Source: Amoeboaphelidium protococcarum X5 | Lineage: Eukaryota; Fungi; Aphelidiomycota | Reading direction: 5' to 3' | Assembly (NCBI GenBank): GCA_023515725.1 | Contig: JALDTO010000138.1 | Location: 1-14,230, forward strand | DNA: 14,230 nt | Part shown: one piece after another, positions 11,358 through 14,230 of the stretch | Layout: the number at the start of each line of letters is the position of its first letter | Numbering within the stretch: the first letter of the stretch is position 1 | Position numbers and translations under genes: made by a program | The notes under the pieces: model-generated | Database searches by the model: none | Told to the model about the DNA's origin: nothing | The model's input: only the letters and a program-made list of their open reading frames with translations

Positions 11358-11590
11358 TTGAGTTATTCCCTAAATATGAATAAAGAATTAATTAAAAGTC
11401 GTATAATAGTAAAGTCGTGAAGTATTGACTTTGTTAAAAAAGAGGAAAGCGGAAATAGTTTTGTCGTTGAAACAATTTTAAGAAACGCGTCGAGTTGTTC
11501 GCGTTGTGAAACAGAGAGCCTTTCCCGACTAGGCTTGCTTCCGTCTCGCCTCTGCTGATTAGGAAATAGATCAGAACTCTGAGAGAGACA
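11358..11590. promoter_or_regulatory. 233-bp divergent promoter region of MCM2 and TTC36 with an MCB-like ACGCGT at 11485-11490
   Basis: Head-to-head start codons. A perfect ACGCGT and a second TTCGCGTT (11498-11505) lie upstream of a replication gene. Function is inferred only. Confidence 0.5.
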
Positions 11591-12288
11591 ATGGAGAATT
11601 CAAATTAGTAATTATCATCAGCCAATCTCAGCGCTAATGATAAGGATGTGTTGAATAGAATTTTTGATCAGGATATGTTTAAAGATAGCGCATAGATTGA
11701 TCATAAAAGCGAATAGCCATACTCAATTGAAGTGATGAAGCGTATCGGAGAACTGAATCTTGAGGCAATTTAGGAGACAGAGAACGGGAACGTGGATGAA
11801 GCTCTGATTAAATTTTCTCAAATTCTAGAATAATACCCACTGCATGCTCAGAGTTGGAATAACAGATCTTAGGCGTATCTGGTAAAGAAGGATTTAGAGC
11901 ACGCATTGAACGATGTCTCCTAAGCGATTTCATTAGGATCCTACGACTCTGAGTTCTTATCCTAGGTAACACTTGTCCCTTACATGCAACGTATATTCCT
12001 TTTTTATAAAGATCACAGCTTCAATTTATGTAGGCATATTGTCAACGTGCAATGATTAGAACGTTGATTGAGAACAAGCAGAGTAGATAGAGTGAAGCCT
12101 GTAATGATGATCTCTCCAGTTTCAGCTTCATTTCTGAATTATCCGAAGAGAGTCGACGCGATTTTGAAGCGGCCGCCAAGCTGGGAAATTAATTTGCCAA
12201 GAACGAGTTGGTGCGCACTAATCCTTATGCCAAGATGTGTAATGCCATGTTGAAAGACATGACTAAATTGTATAAAATTGATAGATGA
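11591..12288 (+). CDS. TTC36: Tetratricopeptide repeat protein 36 homologue, 209 aa; exons 11591-11965 and 12034-12288
   Basis: Absent from the ORF track. With TAR=Gln it gives [65 protein letters not shown], matching the TTC36 family pattern. Ends at TGA 12286-12288. Confidence 0.9.
11966..12033 (+). other. Spliceosomal intron of TTC36 (68 nt, phase 0)
   Basis: TAG|GTAACA...TTATGTAG|GCA; removal restores the frame and the conserved Q-AY.QR motif. Confidence 0.88.
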
Positions 12289-13049
12289 AACAATATATAT
12301 TCTTGGTGTGGTTGGAATATCATTCCGAGGTTAAAGGAGATAACGGATAAGAAGTAGCTTAAAGTCGTACATGAATCGCGCTTAAAAATAAGAATTAGAT
12401 CTGCAATTAGAACCCATTGCTGACTTTTATGAATCTTTTTTGTAACAATAACGTCTGAATTTAACTGTAAACACTTTATATCCTGATGGTATGTATACCT
12501 TGACTTTAAGGTAAAATTCTCATCTAACTTACGCGGTAATTCTTGATGAACTTTCGAAATTTATGGTCTTAACCATTAGCAACGCATATTATTACTACGA
12601 GTTCACTAATATTTTACAACGTTATTTTCTATGTAGGAGCTGGTAATCGCGTTCAATTCGTTACATGGCTGTGGACTGGAGAACACTCTGTTCGGTTACG
12701 GTTGCAAAGAGATCTCGTTAATCGCGCGTGAGTTGGAAAAATGTCACATTAGCTGATGAGTTCGCAAATCAAAGGCCTTAAGACGCGAAAATAACGCACG
12801 TTCTTGAATGTCGCTCTTTCCTGTCCGTGCAGTTTTGCTCTTTACTGCCAAAGCGCGACAGAGAAAGAAAATCTCATTCAATTTTCACAACCTTTCCTCA
12901 GTTCCGGCCGTTCTCTGTGGTCGTCGTTGTTCTTCGCGTCTTTGTCCAATTCCAGATAATAACGAACGACCGTCCGATTCTTCTTTTCTTAGCAGACACA
13001 CATAAACACTACGCCTACGTAAGTGAACTATTACATTATACGCGGAGAG

Positions 13050-14230
<1,181 letters not shown>

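Noticed and set aside
12740-12815. Hammerhead ribozyme-like core CTGATGAG...CGAAA
   Set aside because: Stems II and III cannot form more than 2-3 weak pairs, so this is probably chance. An Infernal search would settle it.
12808-13024. Upstream ATG 12808 with donor GTAAGT (13019) spliced to 13177 as the first exon of ATP2
   Set aside because: It is frame-compatible but gives a roughly 70-aa leader with acidic and Cys residues and a 158-nt intron. ATG 13050 gives a typical presequence and a 66-nt intron. Not excluded without RNA data.

Overview
Compact, gene-dense eukaryotic nuclear DNA written in a non-standard genetic code: TAG and TAA are sense codons (Gln) and TGA is the only stop (translation table 6 type). 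The supplied ORF track is fragmented because it stops at TAA/TAG. Read with TAR=Gln, the fragments join into six intact housekeeping genes: YME2/RNA12-family protein (-), a DCAF6/WDTC1-like WD40 protein (-), an equilibrative nucleoside transporter (+), MCM2 (-, 3 introns), TTC36 (+, 1 intron) and mitochondrial ATP synthase beta (+, 1 intron, runs off the window). The fungal-like proteins plus UAR=Gln fit an early-branching holomycotan such as the aphelid Amoeboaphelidium protococcarum, where this code is already known; the identification is an inference. All five short introns (59-71 nt) end in RTGTAG, and none could be retained without a frameshift or a TGA. All family assignments come from hand translation and motif recognition, not database searches.
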